Shown: positions 30,850 to 45,000 of the stretch, piece by piece
How the letters are laid out: every line of letters starts with the position of its first letter
How positions within the stretch are numbered: position 1 is the first letter of the stretch
Assembly: GCF_009914755.1 (NCBI RefSeq)
Contig: NC_060929.1
Strand: one strand, 5' to 3'
Origin: the human T2T-CHM13v2.0 reference genome, Homo sapiens
Length of the DNA stretch: 64,000 nt
Made by a program: the position numbers and the translations under genes
The notes under the pieces: model-generated
The model's database searches: none
The model's input: only the letters and a program-made list of their open reading frames with translations
What the model was told of the DNA's origin: nothing

Positions 30850-31500
30850 GTCATTTTTTCAGACTCTGTATTGAATGCTCCAGACATAATAATAAATTTT
30901 TTTTCCCTGCTTGTAAGAATCTCGTACTGTGATAATTAAAGATCTCAGAAATTAGTGATTTATATTATTTTATTACACAGGACATAGCCACTAGACCAGC
31001 TGCAGGCACCACTGGGAGACAGGCTAGTTGGTACCAGAAAGCTTCCTGGAGCACTGAAACTTAGGAAGGATTAACAGAAGTTAGCCAGTGATGGAAATGT
31101 TGAAGACATATGATCTATGCTAATGGGTGAGCATGATTGAAGTTTTAGGGGAAGCAGAAAAAGTATCTCATTCTGTAAGTTTAAGATGTTCAGAGCAAAT
31201 AGTTTTGCAGACAGTAACATGCATTTTTCCTGGAGAGGTACCATACCAAGAACAGTGCCGTATGCCATACTAAGATGTTTAGACATTATCTTGAGGGAAT
31301 GGGAAGAGGAGGACAGAGGGTGGCTTTGAGGGATTTTAATCAGGACAGGGGAGTAATTTTATTTGGTCTTTGGAAAAAAATACTCTGGGTTATACTAAAC
31401 ATTATGAATTTAAGGCTGGGGGAAGGGGACAAGTTAGGAGGGTGTTCTAGGGAAAAGTCCATGGAGATGGAAATAAATACGCTGGGTATATTACTTACTT
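30850..31500 (-). mobile_element. L2 fragments
   Basis: 'tattgaatgctccagaca', 'tttgagggattttaatcaggacagggg', 'tttggtctttggaaaaaaatactctgg'. Confidence 0.5.
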
Positions 31501-32329
31501 AGAAACTTGAACATTCTTTTGCTGAAAAACTAAAAATATTTTTTTCTTAGTATAATTGAATGCAAAGTTAAAGCACTCTAGGGGAGATTTAATCTGGGTT
31601 TCATTTCTTATTTCTCAAATTCCCTATCAGATTAGTTTAGTGGAAACATTATTGTTTTCCTTTACCAATTGTGAGTAGTTTTCTGTTCTGCAATTAGTGA
31701 AATTTACCAGCATGACTGTAGCTGGCCCATATACAATATCATCTGGCACTGTTTCAGAGCACAAGACCTTATATTAGAGAACAATGCACTCTCATTTAGT
31801 CCTGATCAATTTTGAAAGCTTCAAAAATATTTGCTCCTCCTCGCTTCTCAGCTTCATTAATGAAAATACAACTATTAAGCCAGAAAATTCTCTAAATTCT
31901 ATATTTAATAAACAGCTCTAATAATGATAATGATTTCAGTTTTCAAACTTGATATTTTGTGCTACAATTTTGGTATCTGTATTATCCAACTTTAACCACC
32001 AATTATTTGAGAAATCTTCTAATATAAATTTAGCATTGCATAATAACCTGCAGGAATATTATTAGAAAACAAAGTGCTCATCATTTTTTTACTGTTAAAT
32101 GCTAGTTAAATGGATAACACAACTACGAAGCCCTTTGAGGAAGGCATAGTTAAGAACATTGCAGTAACTGATAAATCCAAATGTTCCCTGAACCATTCCT
32201 CATATCAATAACCCACACTCTTATTCCATTCTTCTATGCATGAGAACTTTAAAGACAGAGGAAAAATTTCCAAAGTCATTCTGAATTGCTGTTTATTCAA
32301 ATTATACATAAAGATTTCCTGACGTGGTA

Positions 32330-32715
32330 TGTTCTATGATGAGCAGGCCTCTACAAATCTACCTTCAAAGGCCAAGAGAACTGAGAGACCAAAGAAATAG
32401 GGACTATGGAACAAAAGCCATTATCTTCGGTGGCTGTGAGACAAGATGGTGGATCCTGGCAACATTACCCCTAAGACCCAAGGCTTACACAACATAGGGA
32501 ATCAATATATAGGACAATTGAATTCGACCCCTCAGGGAGAAGCAAGAGTGCTATGTGCATTCGCCTAAAGTCAGGATTTATGGTCAAGCTTGTTTTGACC
32601 TAAGGGAAGGACTTATGGTAACAGTGTATAAAGTAGAAATCCTAGAGGCATTTCCAGAACAGGGGTTAATCAAAAGGCAACATAGTGGATTAGCACCCAA
32701 GATGGAGTTGCTTTA
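32330..32715 (-). mobile_element. Solo LTR (LTR47-like)
   Basis: Reverse complement reads 'taaagcaactccatcttgggtgctaatccactatgttg..tgattaacccctgttctggaaatgcctctaggatttctact...ggatccaccatcttgtctcac...aggtagatttgtagaggcctgctcatcatagaaca'. Confidence 0.75.
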
Positions 32716-33217
32716 TTTTTAGTGAGCATTCTGGATTATAGGCCCAAATCATTTCATTTCCTCTTCAGAATTCATGGATTTTCAAAGATGTGTCACAATA
32801 ATCAAGCCTAAAACTTGAGATAGGACAGATGGTGGCCAGGGTTCAGAGGAGGAGTGGTAGCAGAAGGAAAATTCAGATAATGACTCTATAATGATGAAGA
32901 CTCAAATCATTCCATGCTACCAGAAATTCTCACAGTACCTTTCTGTCAAAGATGACCCCTTCCCAAAAAGTTATCATGTGTCACAAGAGACCCTTAACTA
33001 CAGGCCAAAACAGTTTTTTGAAAGCATGCCCCTAATGGCTTACTCAATTTGCTAATGTTGTTATTCATATTTGCTTCACATCAAGCTGGATAAATAATAT
33101 TTATAAATTTAAGTTCCTAAGGAGCTGATGTATGGATGTATCCGCCTGCAGACTACTACAATATTGCCTTTATATTTTTAGTCAGTGGTTTTTATTACCA
33201 CCAAGTGTGACCCTGAT

Positions 33218-33516
<299 letters not shown>

Positions 33517-33634
33517 CCTGATTTTTTATAGATGTAGATCAGCTCAGCAGTTCATATCCTCAAAAGAAAATCTTCTTATAAATTTCTGATACATAAAGAT
33601 GTGCATCTATATGTATGTTCACAAACATACATAC

Positions 33635-34130
33635 AGTTTGTAGCTCCAGCTGCTGAGAAGGCTTGACACAATGATGCCCAGAGAACAATGAACTCACCTA
33701 GCATTCCAATCTTGGTGTCTAAAACCTAGAATACTTGGTTTCTAGATATTCCTTTATAAAAGGAATCAGGAATTTTTGGAGAAATGAGTGCTTCCATGGC
33801 CGTGTGTGAGAAAATATAAGATGAACTAGGAACATGTTGAAAGTGGTTCCAGAAAGTAAGGAAGTGCTTAAAAAATTACATGGTCAACTTGAATGGATAC
33901 AAAAGCAAACCTGAAAGAGTTCCCAATGGCCAAAGCTGGGATACTCTGGGCAGCAGAATAAGTAATGACAGTATTGGATTATAACTCAGAATAGAGAATT
34001 ATCCATGAGTTTGTACAGAGCATCTATATCTATATCATCTGTATCATCTATATCTGTATCTTAAATAAATACATACATGGGGAAAAAAGATAGCTCTCCT
34101 TTACTGAAGAATTTCAGTTAACAAATGTAA
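33635..34130 (+). mobile_element. L1MC/L1MD 3' UTR fragment
   Basis: 'aaggaatcaggaatttttggagaaatg', 'ccagaaagtaaggaagtgctt', 'cctgaaagagttcccaatggccaaagctgg', 'gacagtattggattataactc'. Confidence 0.75.
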
Positions 34131-35466
34131 ATCAAAATAGACTTGCCTCATCTTTTCTCACACTTAGGATCTCTATATCTGTCCTAGTACCCACCTAATA
34201 CTCATCTGTACTAGTATCCACCAAATATTTTGGGATGCTTACACATCTCCCAAGCCGCTCCTCTAGTTCCCAATGTTTTCTCCTTTGAAAATGTTTTATG
34301 TTTTTCCTCCTACACAGATTAGATTTCTAGAACTACTTCCCTTAGTTATCTAAGCTTCTCAGGAAAACCAATGGTTCTTCCCACTGTTACCGAGTGATTC
34401 TTCTTCCTTTCATTCCATATCTCAAATTTTACTCTTGATTTTACTTGTTATATTAAAACACTTTTTAAACTACCTGTATTCTGGCACTGCACACTTCCAA
34501 GAGAAGAGATTGCAGGAACAAAAACAACCCCGACGACTCTGGGCAGATTAGGGAATGACAGATATTCTTCTGGATTCTTGTCTTAATTACATTTGATTGC
34601 CTCCCTCTTCCACCTCAAGCCCATACATAGGCTTTGTAAGGATGATCTCTGTCGCTATGTCATGAACTTTATGTGCATGAATGCATTACATTTCCTCCCC
34701 TACCACGCAGACAATATTATCTTCATTTAAAAAATATAGAAACAGACACTCATAGAGGTTAAATTATTTTCCCAAGGCTACTTGACTAACAAATAATTCA
34801 GTCAGAAATTGAATCCAATGGTGTTTTAAACTTTAAAGCTAATTCAGTTTCTTCAAATTGGATTACAATTGTTGTATTCCTATTGTAATGCTTTATATCC
34901 ATAAACGCCTTGATTTTTTTTTTTGTCTGTGGAGTATATTCGGTCATGAAATTTGTACTTTGGGTTTCTGCCCTATGGATAATAGGAAATGAGTCACTTT
35001 TCTTGTATCCCTGCATCTGCAGGACATGCACTCCTCAAAAGTTCACGTGACATCATTGAGTCCTTGTTTCCTGTGACTGTCACCTCTGCTTTCTGTCCCA
35101 TAGGGCTTCCTGACTTAGTCAATATCATTGGAGTTTTGACAGAGATTTTCCTATTAGTTGATAAAACCAACTCTATACAGTCTTATTTTGTTTTCTTAAG
35201 ATGAAAGAACAAAAGGAAGGACATAGTTCAGAACCAAAAAAAAAAAAAAAAAAGAAAAAAAGACTTGTCATTGCGTAAAGTGAGAGGAGGGAGAGTCAGA
35301 GAGAATGTAAAGAAAGCAACAAAATTTGAGGTAGGGCAGGCATGCAGCCTCCTAAAATGGATGGGTGGACAAAGGGGATAGTTTCTGAGTCCAATTTTTA
35401 TGTCTGTGTTTTCATGAGAAAACATGAACATTGTGTTTCCATTTTGGTGACCTCCTCTAATAACTT

Positions 35467-35498
<32 letters not shown>

Positions 35499-35521
35499 TC
35501 ACACACACACACTTTTTTTTT
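35467..35521. repeat. Compound (CT)n(CA)n microsatellite plus T tract
   Basis: Directly visible. Confidence 0.95.
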
Positions 35522-37162
35522 CTGGGAGAGGGGGTCTTTCATTTCTTTCAACTGTAGCTTTAAAAAGTCAGTGAATTAGGACTATCTAATTAAAAAGTGA
35601 AACCTATATTTGGCACCACATAAGACCATAAAATGGTTCTTTAATTTTTTCTTTAGAATTTTCTTTAAAAATTTCAGTCACACTGATGTGTATATAGACT
35701 CTGGCAATTCTATGCTTAGTTTCCATTGAAAGTGGTTCTACAGGAAGAACTGATTCCAGAGTATCTAAAATCTCTGCTAACATTGATGCAAAGAGAAAAT
35801 CCATCAAAATCACACTTTTTTTTTGACGGTTCAGGTATACTAGATAAACACAATTTCATCTAATACTCACTTTAATAAGTAAATCCAGGGCATAAAGGAC
35901 GGGGGGAACAAAAGAATGGAAACATTCCTGAATTGTAATTGATGGATAGGTCAATGTATAGTATGATCAGACATTAGTTTAAAAAATTAAAATGAATTCA
36001 AACAGAGTTTACCCTTTTTATCTAATTGCAGTATTTCAGAGAAAGCACATCTAGTTCGGATCATTACCTTGGGCTGAAAACCCATATTCTTTATTTTTTA
36101 CCTATCTTTAGTATTTGAAACAATAATTTTCCCATATGACTCAGTTTTTTCAACCTATATGTCAATGCATTTAACTGAAGATTTCATTTGTTAGTCATGA
36201 GTGAAAAGGAGGCATAAGATCCCACATCATCTCATCATGTCTTCCATAGGAGTTTTCTAAGTAGCAAGATTTATTGATCAAGTAGATTTTCTGATTACCA
36301 AACTTGCCAGTAGTATTTTTTTTTCCCAATCCAAGTAAATAAACCCTTCAGAAATTATTCTGAATCAAATTATTTGGTATCTGGACTGAGAAAGCTGAGG
36401 AAAAATATGCAGTAACTATTTTATGTTTATTTTGCATCACACATTGTAAAGTGCTAAGAGAAGAGCAAATGCTTTAATTAAAAAGAACAATTTTCTTAGG
36501 AAAAACAATCACTATGTTTGCTAACTGAATCTAATGTGTTGCATAGCCAAACTGGGGCTTTAATATATGCCATCTTTTTAAACGTCAAATCAACCAGCAG
36601 CCGTTGTGACTGCATATTTATTCAGTGTAATTGATAGAAATGTTTAATTAAGTATTATGAAGGGTAATTCTCTAGCTTTCTCTATCAGACAAATTGAAAC
36701 CACCACCAGCTTCTGAGATTATTCTTGTATAATTAAATAAAAACACCCAAAGAACAGAAAAGCAACACTGCCAGAGTTCGAGATGGCTTTAAAACACTTT
36801 TGTTTGTAAAAACCCTGGATAAAAATTTCCCCAGTTGTTCTTTCTAATCTCTCTCTGTCTCCTTCCCTCCTTTCTCTCCTCTTTTGTCTTGCATCTATAA
36901 TGTAAAATGATTATAGGGCAAAAAATTGAGGACAATATGGACCTGTCATTAGTTTGTGGACTAGTTGTAAGGGATTCTCTAATAATTAATGCAGATAATA
37001 AATGTTATGGAGAAGAAGAAAATAAATTATAATTTCAAATTGAAGGGGAGATTTTTATTTTTTAGAACCCCATTTGAAATTATTCAAATTAAAAAATTTT
37101 TCCTGATTAAACAAATATACTTTTGTTATATTTTAAACTGTCTTCCTTGCCTGAAAGAGAGT

Positions 37163-37205
37163 AATATATATATATATATTTATAAAATATATATATAATA
37201 TATAA
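37163..37205. repeat. (TA)n-rich microsatellite
   Basis: Directly visible. Confidence 0.9.
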
Positions 37206-38179
37206 CTTAGTAATCAAACTTTAAATAGACCCCCTATCACAGTGTGTGTTAGCCATAAGTCAAAGCCATATTATTCCAAGGTTAACTATTCATTTCTGCA
37301 CTTGTGTAGTTTAGCCACGAGCGTTAAATGGTAAAGGTATGATCCTTTTTGAAAAATTACTTTTTTTCAACAAAGTATCTTACATAAGTGATTAAATATC
37401 AAATAAGACTAAATGACATAGTTGAAACAGCTGTCCCCTGCTCCTTCCTTCACTGGCCTTCTGCCCCCACATCATTCTCCAGAAAAACTATTTTAAAGTA
37501 TTCTAGCTGTTTTATCTGAGATTTACCTCCATGTCTTTAAATAACAAGATCACCCTGCATATTTCTTCGTTGAATGACATAGCTATACCAAAGATGGCAA
37601 TTTGGAAAGTTTTCTATCATGCACATCTATTTGGCCTATTTTTAGAAAATGATAACTAGCTTTCCTTGGGTGATCTGAAAAATTAATTTATACCTCAGCC
37701 TTTTTGAATAGAGATGTAATATAGTTTTACCATTGAACAGACAACCAATCTTTTCTAGGTGTCAATTTAATTTATAGAAATTATTTGTGCCAAGTAGAAA
37801 ATTAATGATGTCAGAAGGGAAATCCTTTACCTTTATTATGTTTGCTCTATGAAAAACAATAGTGACATGCCAGGAGCTCCTGTGTTGCTAAGCAAAGACG
37901 CATCTTGAATGTGAATGCTGCTCTCTAGCCAAACTCATATATCCTTACGTGACTGAATCCTATGATGGTATACACCGTGGAAATGAACTCCTATTTTACG
38001 TGGCATCAAGGCTGAATCCCTTCATTGGGTCTTGCTCTCCATCCTCAACCCATGAGATTCCACTGATCCCAATGATGGATGTGCTGATTAAGTTTATTTT
38101 TCTTACATCCTCTAAATAATGCTTGTTTTATCTTTATGGTTTTTAAAATGTGCTTCCTAAACTGTGTTTCATTGTATGT

Positions 38180-38460
38180 TAGTTCCATAATGTGTTGGCT
38201 AGAATTCCATGGTCAAATATATTTGAGAAATACTGTATCATATTCCTCTCTAGGAGATTCACAATATGCAATAGCATACTGAAGGCTCTGAAAATTCCTA
38301 CTGTGTTAAAAAAGGAAGCAAAATAAAAAAGTCTTTTACTCAATTTAAACCAGACTTTCCCCAGCTTGTTTGAGACAGAACACTTGTGCTTTGTAGTACA
38401 CTTATTAACGGCCTGCAAAATAATGATGAGCAGGAAACTGGTTCTGGGAACATTGTTTTA
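38180..38460. mobile_element. MER103C-like hAT-Charlie element
   Basis: 'ttccatggtcaaatatatttgagaaatactg...ggagattcacaatatgcaatagcatactgaaggctctgaaaattcctactg...tttccccagcttgtttgagacagaac'. Confidence 0.7.
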
Positions 38461-39419
38461 TGCTATTCCTTTGTCTGTAATGTTCACTAAATTTTTTTTT
38501 CACCACTTTCTTTTAAAATGCCAATCATCCTACAAAAATTGCATTCTGCTTCCATGGAAAGGTGCATTACATTTGAGTAAGTAGGGAAAGGTGAAGGGCA
38601 TTGTGAGTAGGGGAATAACCAAATACAACCACGTTATTCATCACACGTTGTCAGTATCTTAGCTTCTTTTATCAACTATATTCTAAGATTCTTGAGAGCA
38701 AGGATTGTTTTTTTAAAAAATACTGCAAACCAGACTCAGTACAACTTTCCCAATTATCCTGAATACCAGGTGTAATTCCAGCAGTCACACCACAAAAAGA
38801 CATAATGCCAATTAAAAAACAGATCTAGTGAAGGATTGAGGACAAGGAGTTACTGTATGAAGTTAGAGTTAGAAACATTAGTCTAAAGGGAAAATCGACT
38901 TTTTGTCCAAATCTGGTAATATCAGTCACCGCAAGGAGATCTTATGTGTGATTTGAGCAAAGTAAGTAAAGGAAAAAATGAAAGGAAAACACGACAGAAT
39001 CACTAGCAGATGGGTGAAGCAGAAAACATAAATGAACATAAAGAGATTTTAGATAGATTTAGAAATAGCATAATGCCTCTTAAGAGAAGCTGAGAATACA
39101 CTCTTATTTTTTGTTTGTTAAAGAAGAGAACAAGTTTCTTCTATGGGCTAAAAGGACTTCCTAGAATGACAATTTTCCAAACATGTTTCAGATGACTATC
39201 GTTTATTGGCTGTGCAAACTTATGCAATTACTTAACTTCTCTGTGCTACAGTTTCTTTGTCTGTAGAAAGGAGAATTATAATCGTGCTGATGTCATGGAA
39301 TATTATAAAGATTAAGCAGCTCCTGTCTCTTAGAAGGGCATAGTAGAAATTTTTACTATGATTTCTTCTCTATTCCCCATGGTGACTGATAATGGTAGTA
39401 TTAGTGACTATCATTTGGT

Positions 39420-39605
39420 GAGTTGTTAACATAAATTTTATTACACACTTACGTTATCTATTTAGTTTTCACAACATGGTTAAGTAAGTATTATCATCTC
39501 CATTTTACAGATATAGAAAGAGAAGCTTAGTTAGGTTAAGAAATTTCTCCAAGTTCAGGCAGCTAGTGAATCAAGGTTTGACTCCAGAGTTTAATTCTGA
39601 AACCT
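39420..39605 (-). mobile_element. MIR
   Basis: 'gtattatcatctccattttacagatatagaaagagaagcttag...ggttaagaaatttctccaagttcaggcagctagt'. Confidence 0.7.
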
Positions 39606-41364
39606 CTGATTAGTAATCAGGACATGCTCTTCTTTGATTTGCAGCTTCTCATCAGTGGGCTGGGAATGAGTTCCAGGGGTGCTGGGCGTGTTTCAGTTTG
39701 CTTCTTTTAGTCCTAGGAGGGAATTGTACTTCAACGCATGACTGTTACAGTGTGAGACACTTTGAAAGGAGAATGGCTGGTCCTCAAAAAAGGCTAGTGA
39801 ACTGAAGAAAAACACAAATTTGTTTGAAAGATTTTGATTGGAAAGACTTCTGCATTCCCTTCTCCTGATAGTACCCACCATTTACTCCAGACTTCAACCC
39901 TGCAAAGCAGCCCGTGCACTTTTATGTCTTGACAGATGTTTTTCCTCCAACACAAATGCCCCTCTATGTTAGATTATTTTCTACCTGTCTGGAACCTACT
40001 CCTGCTCATGAGGCAGAGTGGGATTTGTGAAATAAGTATTTCACTTAACAGTGACTCTGTTAGACCTAAAGGGTCCCTCCCAAGTTCATTTATGCTCCCA
40101 CACATAGTTTGCATACCTGGATTGTGATTCTTACCACTTTGGCTAAAACTGTCCCTGTGATGGTAAGGTGTGCTACAATGCAGACTTTTGAGAGCGCAGG
40201 AAGGACCTTCACCTGATTAGTTTTGCCTCCATTGCCTAACATATGGTGTAACATCGTAATCACTCAGTCAGTGTCTTGCATTAATGCAACAAAATCTTTA
40301 ACTTATTCAAATTGTTGTCCTTAGTGTCAAATCATTCCCTTGGGTTGTGAAGATGGAACATGGGTTTGGACTTCACCTACACTACTTTGGTTGGCAACTT
40401 CTCTTTTGATGATGGCATTGTGTTTTTGACAGGAGAAAACTGTGAAAAACTTTTTTAAAGCATGAGAGCTAGGAATTAATCAATCTTGTGTATCTAGATC
40501 TAGATCTAAATTTTGCTTGAGACAATTTTTAAAAAATTGATAACTTGATTTTGTTAATGTTGCTCATATATAGCAAAAAAAAAAAGAAGAGTACAAATGC
40601 AAGTGATCTGCGAATGATTTGACAATTTTTCAGCATTATAGAGATTGTGTTATTGAAATTCTTCACATTCCAATGGTATCTTACTCAGGCATGGTAAGAA
40701 AAACTTTCCTAGACGTTAGCTGCAGCAGGTCTGATTAGGGGAGAATGATTTTTTTACATATTCCAAGACATCTTAAAATATACAAGGTTATTTATCCAGG
40801 AAATTATTGTCTGTGAGTGTGATTCTATTTAATGATTTTTATTTATGATCACTTGACCTTATATGAAAGAGAAGACTATTCCAGGGATACCAAGGTGTCC
40901 TGAAAGTGATTTAAAGATTTTTGAACTAAAAAAGGTTTTCATTCCAGTAAAAGAATTGTAATCTTGAACTGTCCTGTGGCCTGGTGATATATTTTATCTG
41001 TGTCTTTGTTATCATTAGCCTTCCTTAAAATGTTTTTCTAAATTGTTATAACTCCTGTAATTTTAATATTCTTATCAGAGTCAGTGGTGCCACGCAAAAA
41101 GTAGCCAAACAAAAGGCTAGACTTGCAGCGTCACCATTCGGATGTCTCACTGTGTTTACAGGAAGCTTAAAAAAATACAGGTTCTGAGATCTGGCAGATT
41201 CAAGGGTAGTTTCTTTCCTCTTTATTTTTTCCTCTACTAATTTAACTTGCCCATGAATTATGGCTATTTATTAATTGAGTAAATTTCCCATTATTGGTAT
41301 ATTAGTCATTTAGTCATTTTAATGAAATTTATTCGTCGTATGAGACACTTTGATCAGAATTCCT

Positions 41365-41378
41365 GTCACCATGGTAAC
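41365..41378. promoter_or_regulatory. Consensus RFX X-box (GTCACCATGGTAAC)
   Basis: Exact match to GTYRCCATGGYAAC. Function not shown. Confidence 0.35.
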
Positions 41379-41583
41379 CAGTTATTGGTATTAATAGTGC
41401 CAGAATCATAGATTTTATACCCAGAATTGGCCCCTTAATATTACACTATTTTAGGCTTTGAAGTACACTCAGGCCAATGCTTTCTATGTGCGTGTTTCAC
41501 AGAAACCACAAAAGGTATTACAAATGAATTTATTAAATTGATCATTGATCCTTAGCATTTGCGATAGAGAGGGCATACCATCC

Positions 41584-41735
41584 CAGACTTCTCAAAGTGT
41601 GGTCTGTGGACCTCTGCTTATGAATCCATCCATGAAGTTCTGTTTAAAAGGCAAACTTGGGGACCATAAAGCTGACCTACTGAATTAGATCCTCCAGGAG
41701 TCCTAGAAACCGCACATGGTACAAGCAAACCAAGT
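41584..41735. mobile_element. MER5-type hAT-Charlie element
   Basis: 'ttctcaaagtgtggtctgtggacc...gacctactgaattaga'. Confidence 0.65.
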
Positions 41736-41897
41736 ATAGTCTGCTCACTGTGGGAGATTAAAAAATAATAGTATCTTCACTTATGGAGGTCAACAGATTA
41801 TCATTAAATCTATTAGTGACTAAATAGATGATTATTTAATGCTTTATTCAAATCCCAATGGTTTCTTAATCATCCACAGAATAGAGACTTTCCTGGA

Positions 41898-42080
41898 CTT
41901 TTATTTTGTATTGTGGTTGAAAAACACATATATGACATCTGCCCTCTTAACAATGTTTTAAGTGTATAGTACAGTATTGTTAACTATAAGCACAATGCTG
42001 TATGGTAGATTTCAGGAACTTTTTTATTTTGCATGACCAAAACTATACCTATTGAACAGCAACTTTCCATTTGCCCTTCT
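41898..42080 (-). mobile_element. L1MA/L1MB 3' end
   Basis: 'ttttaagtgtatagtacagtattgttaactataagcacaatgctgtatggtagatttcaggaactt...ctatacctattgaacagcaact'. Confidence 0.8.
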
Positions 42081-45000
42081 AGACTTTCTTTGATTTGGTG
42101 GAGCATTTCTAATTGAAAAAGAGGAATTCTAGTCATTCAATAGGCACAATGTCACAAATTCAAATTGTCCTTTCAATTCAATGGTCTTAGGCATAAATAA
42201 GCATGTTTGTACTTTCCTTGGATTTATTGCTTTTTAACCAATATTATCCAATTGAAAGTTGTGTTTTATGTGGAATAAATCAGAATAAATGACAGAATGT
42301 AAAATTTAGTCTAGGAATTAGAAGAGAAACACGTGAGTTTTAAGTTTTTTTTTTCTATTACATAGCAGACTAGACAAGTGATAGAGAAAAAGTTTAACAC
42401 ATAATAGCATCTGATATTTACATATAGCTTCATCTTTTACTGAGGTCATATTTTCATTGCTTCTTTACACTGAGTAGATGAATGGTTATAATCCCTTTGA
42501 GGACAATGTCTATGGTTCATATCAGCTTCACATAATTCACTTCATTTCTGTTCAGCCTTTTACAAATGTTACAAATGACACAGCAGCAAACAAATATGGA
42601 ATGATGATTTGTTAAACATATTCAAGGTACTGCTAGTAAATGAGTAGGTAAAAATAATCTTTACACTGAAGAAACAACAACATTGAAAGAGAGATGATGC
42701 TTGCTGAGTTATTTCATTTCTTAGGGTAAAATTAGGATCAAGACTCAAGTTTTTCTGAAACCAAAACAAATCTACACTTAGGGGTTGTGTCTTTTGGAAG
42801 GAGATGGAGATAGAGACGTAGAGAGAGAGGAAGAGAAAGAGCGGGAGGAAAAGAGAGACGGCATCCATGAAACAGTGCTTCCTGGGACTGAAGTTCAGAT
42901 ACTTTAAAAGGGACATATTGACCTTTCCCTCCTTTTTTCATGCAAATGAGAGCAGGGGGGCAATGAATGAATTATAAATCCAACAAGTATACAGTACGAA
43001 CATAGATTTTATGAACCTTTTGAAATTGGAGACTTGGGGGGTCATTGCTTTGTCACTTTTCAGTCACGTAGAATAATCTGCTCTTTTCATTTTAATTTCT
43101 TTGGAATCCTCGGCTTTAGAGAAATGTGTGGAGGATTTTGCTAAATTATAAGGGCAGCTCATTTTAAAGGTTAAAGGATGCAATGCAATTAGCCTCTAAA
43201 TTCAGACCTGATTATTGAAGTCAGATTATCCTTTGGTTTAGAACAATGTAACCAGACATTTTAATGCACAAATGTGTCCACTAGTGGACAATTAGAGTTG
43301 TCAGTTTAAGTAGTCAATTGAAGAGACAGGTTAAACTGAAATTGGTAGTGTCTCTGTGACTTTGTGCATAGAAACATTTCTCTGGAAATAAAATCGTGAG
43401 GTTTGAATTGGTGAGGGAAGTAGCAGAGTCTAATCATGGCTAAAGTACCAATGTCTACACTCTTTTCATATATATCACAAACAACTGACCCATGAAAGGA
43501 CAGATACTGGATGGATAGTCTAAAAAGGCAGCAGTAATTGGTACTCAGGTAACCAAGAGGATCAAGCAATTTTTGTAGCCTATAATATGTTTTTGAAATA
43601 GAGTTCTGATTGGGGAGAAAGAAGGATAAAAGAAAACACTGTTTTCTTCACCTTTACCTCTCTCTCATTTTATGTGCAGGTACATGAAATTTGCAAGAAT
43701 TCTGTTTCTCACATGAGCATGCAAATAGCATCTTCTTATCTGATGGCTAATTAGTCATTTTTAATGATCTTTATTCACTCTGACACACTTTTTCCAAAGT
43801 GCCTGCCACTATGGCAACCAGTTATTTAGAAAGCACATTAGGCTAAAAACAAACATTTGTATGGGGGAGAAACTGCTTTTTCCATTTAAATTTGTATTTA
43901 ATTGAGTGAGTGATAATGCGAGGTGAAATGAAAGATAATTAACCCATGCTATCAAGAGTTTCTCAGAGTAAAAACCTGAGCGAAGCATTCCTAGTCCAAT
44001 CTCAGCCTGCAAATAGCAGCTAGGGACATGTGAATTCCAAGACAAGCAAGAGAACAAAGGCAGGGACTTTAAATGGGTGTGGCCAGCTAATTTTGGGAAG
44101 AAAAGAACATCAACACTTCCGTCTAGATTCAGTGCTGAACACTGGCTGTAATATCTTCTCTTCTTCTTAAGTCAGAATTATTCTTAGTAATTAGATGTCA
44201 TGATATCATTTAATTTTACACTTTGGCTTGTCTGTAAGGAATTTTGTATGTTTTGAAGAAAGGCAAATGTAAAAATGGTTATAAAGGAACAATTGTTAAA
44301 AATGAGTAGATTCATTAATTATACTATAAATAGTTGCCACACTAATGCATGAATTTAGTCTCCTTTCCCTTTTCATAAAATATTTTACTTTGCTCCTTTG
44401 CAACCTTTTTCTGTAACAATTCCTTGCAGAGTATTTCTATTACCACATATAAAGTTAAGTCCAAAAGAATATTAATGAAGTTAAACTAGATAAAAGCAAC
44501 TGCTAGCCAGTAACTAATTAAGACTTTGCCTTAATTGAAATGTATAGTATATAGTATCATTTCATTGCTAAACTTGTGAATATGGATTGGGTGACATTTT
44601 CACTTATTTCTGTCCTTTACTTTCCCTCCTACATGAGAGCCTAGTAAATGTTTATGTAAATTGCAAGATATTATTTACTTCAGTTCTTATTTGAAATTAA
44701 TTTATAGACTAACAACTCAATATGATGAAATGAATGCTATTTTTTTCCATAAATTATTTACTTACCTATAAGGAGATCAGAAATCTATCAGAGGAGAAAA
44801 TTGACTACCCTTAACCATTTCTCATGACTTAGTCTGTACATGTTAGGTATCATTTTGTCAAAAGATGAAGTTTCATGAAATGAGAAAATAGATACATGAA
44901 GCCATGGGCTACCAGTTTGTACACTGAGGTGCTCCGATGAAATGATATTGTTATGAAACTCTAACCATCTAGACAAGAAAGATAAATTTTGAGTGGTTGA

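Noticed and set aside
35043-35050. E-box TCACGTGA; also the CRE-like GACGTCA near 60626
   Set aside because: Isolated short motifs expected by chance, with no promoter context.
42569-42941. Overlapping minus-strand ORFs (115 and 67 aa)
   Set aside because: Driven by a GA-rich low-complexity tract, with no recognisable protein or splice structure.
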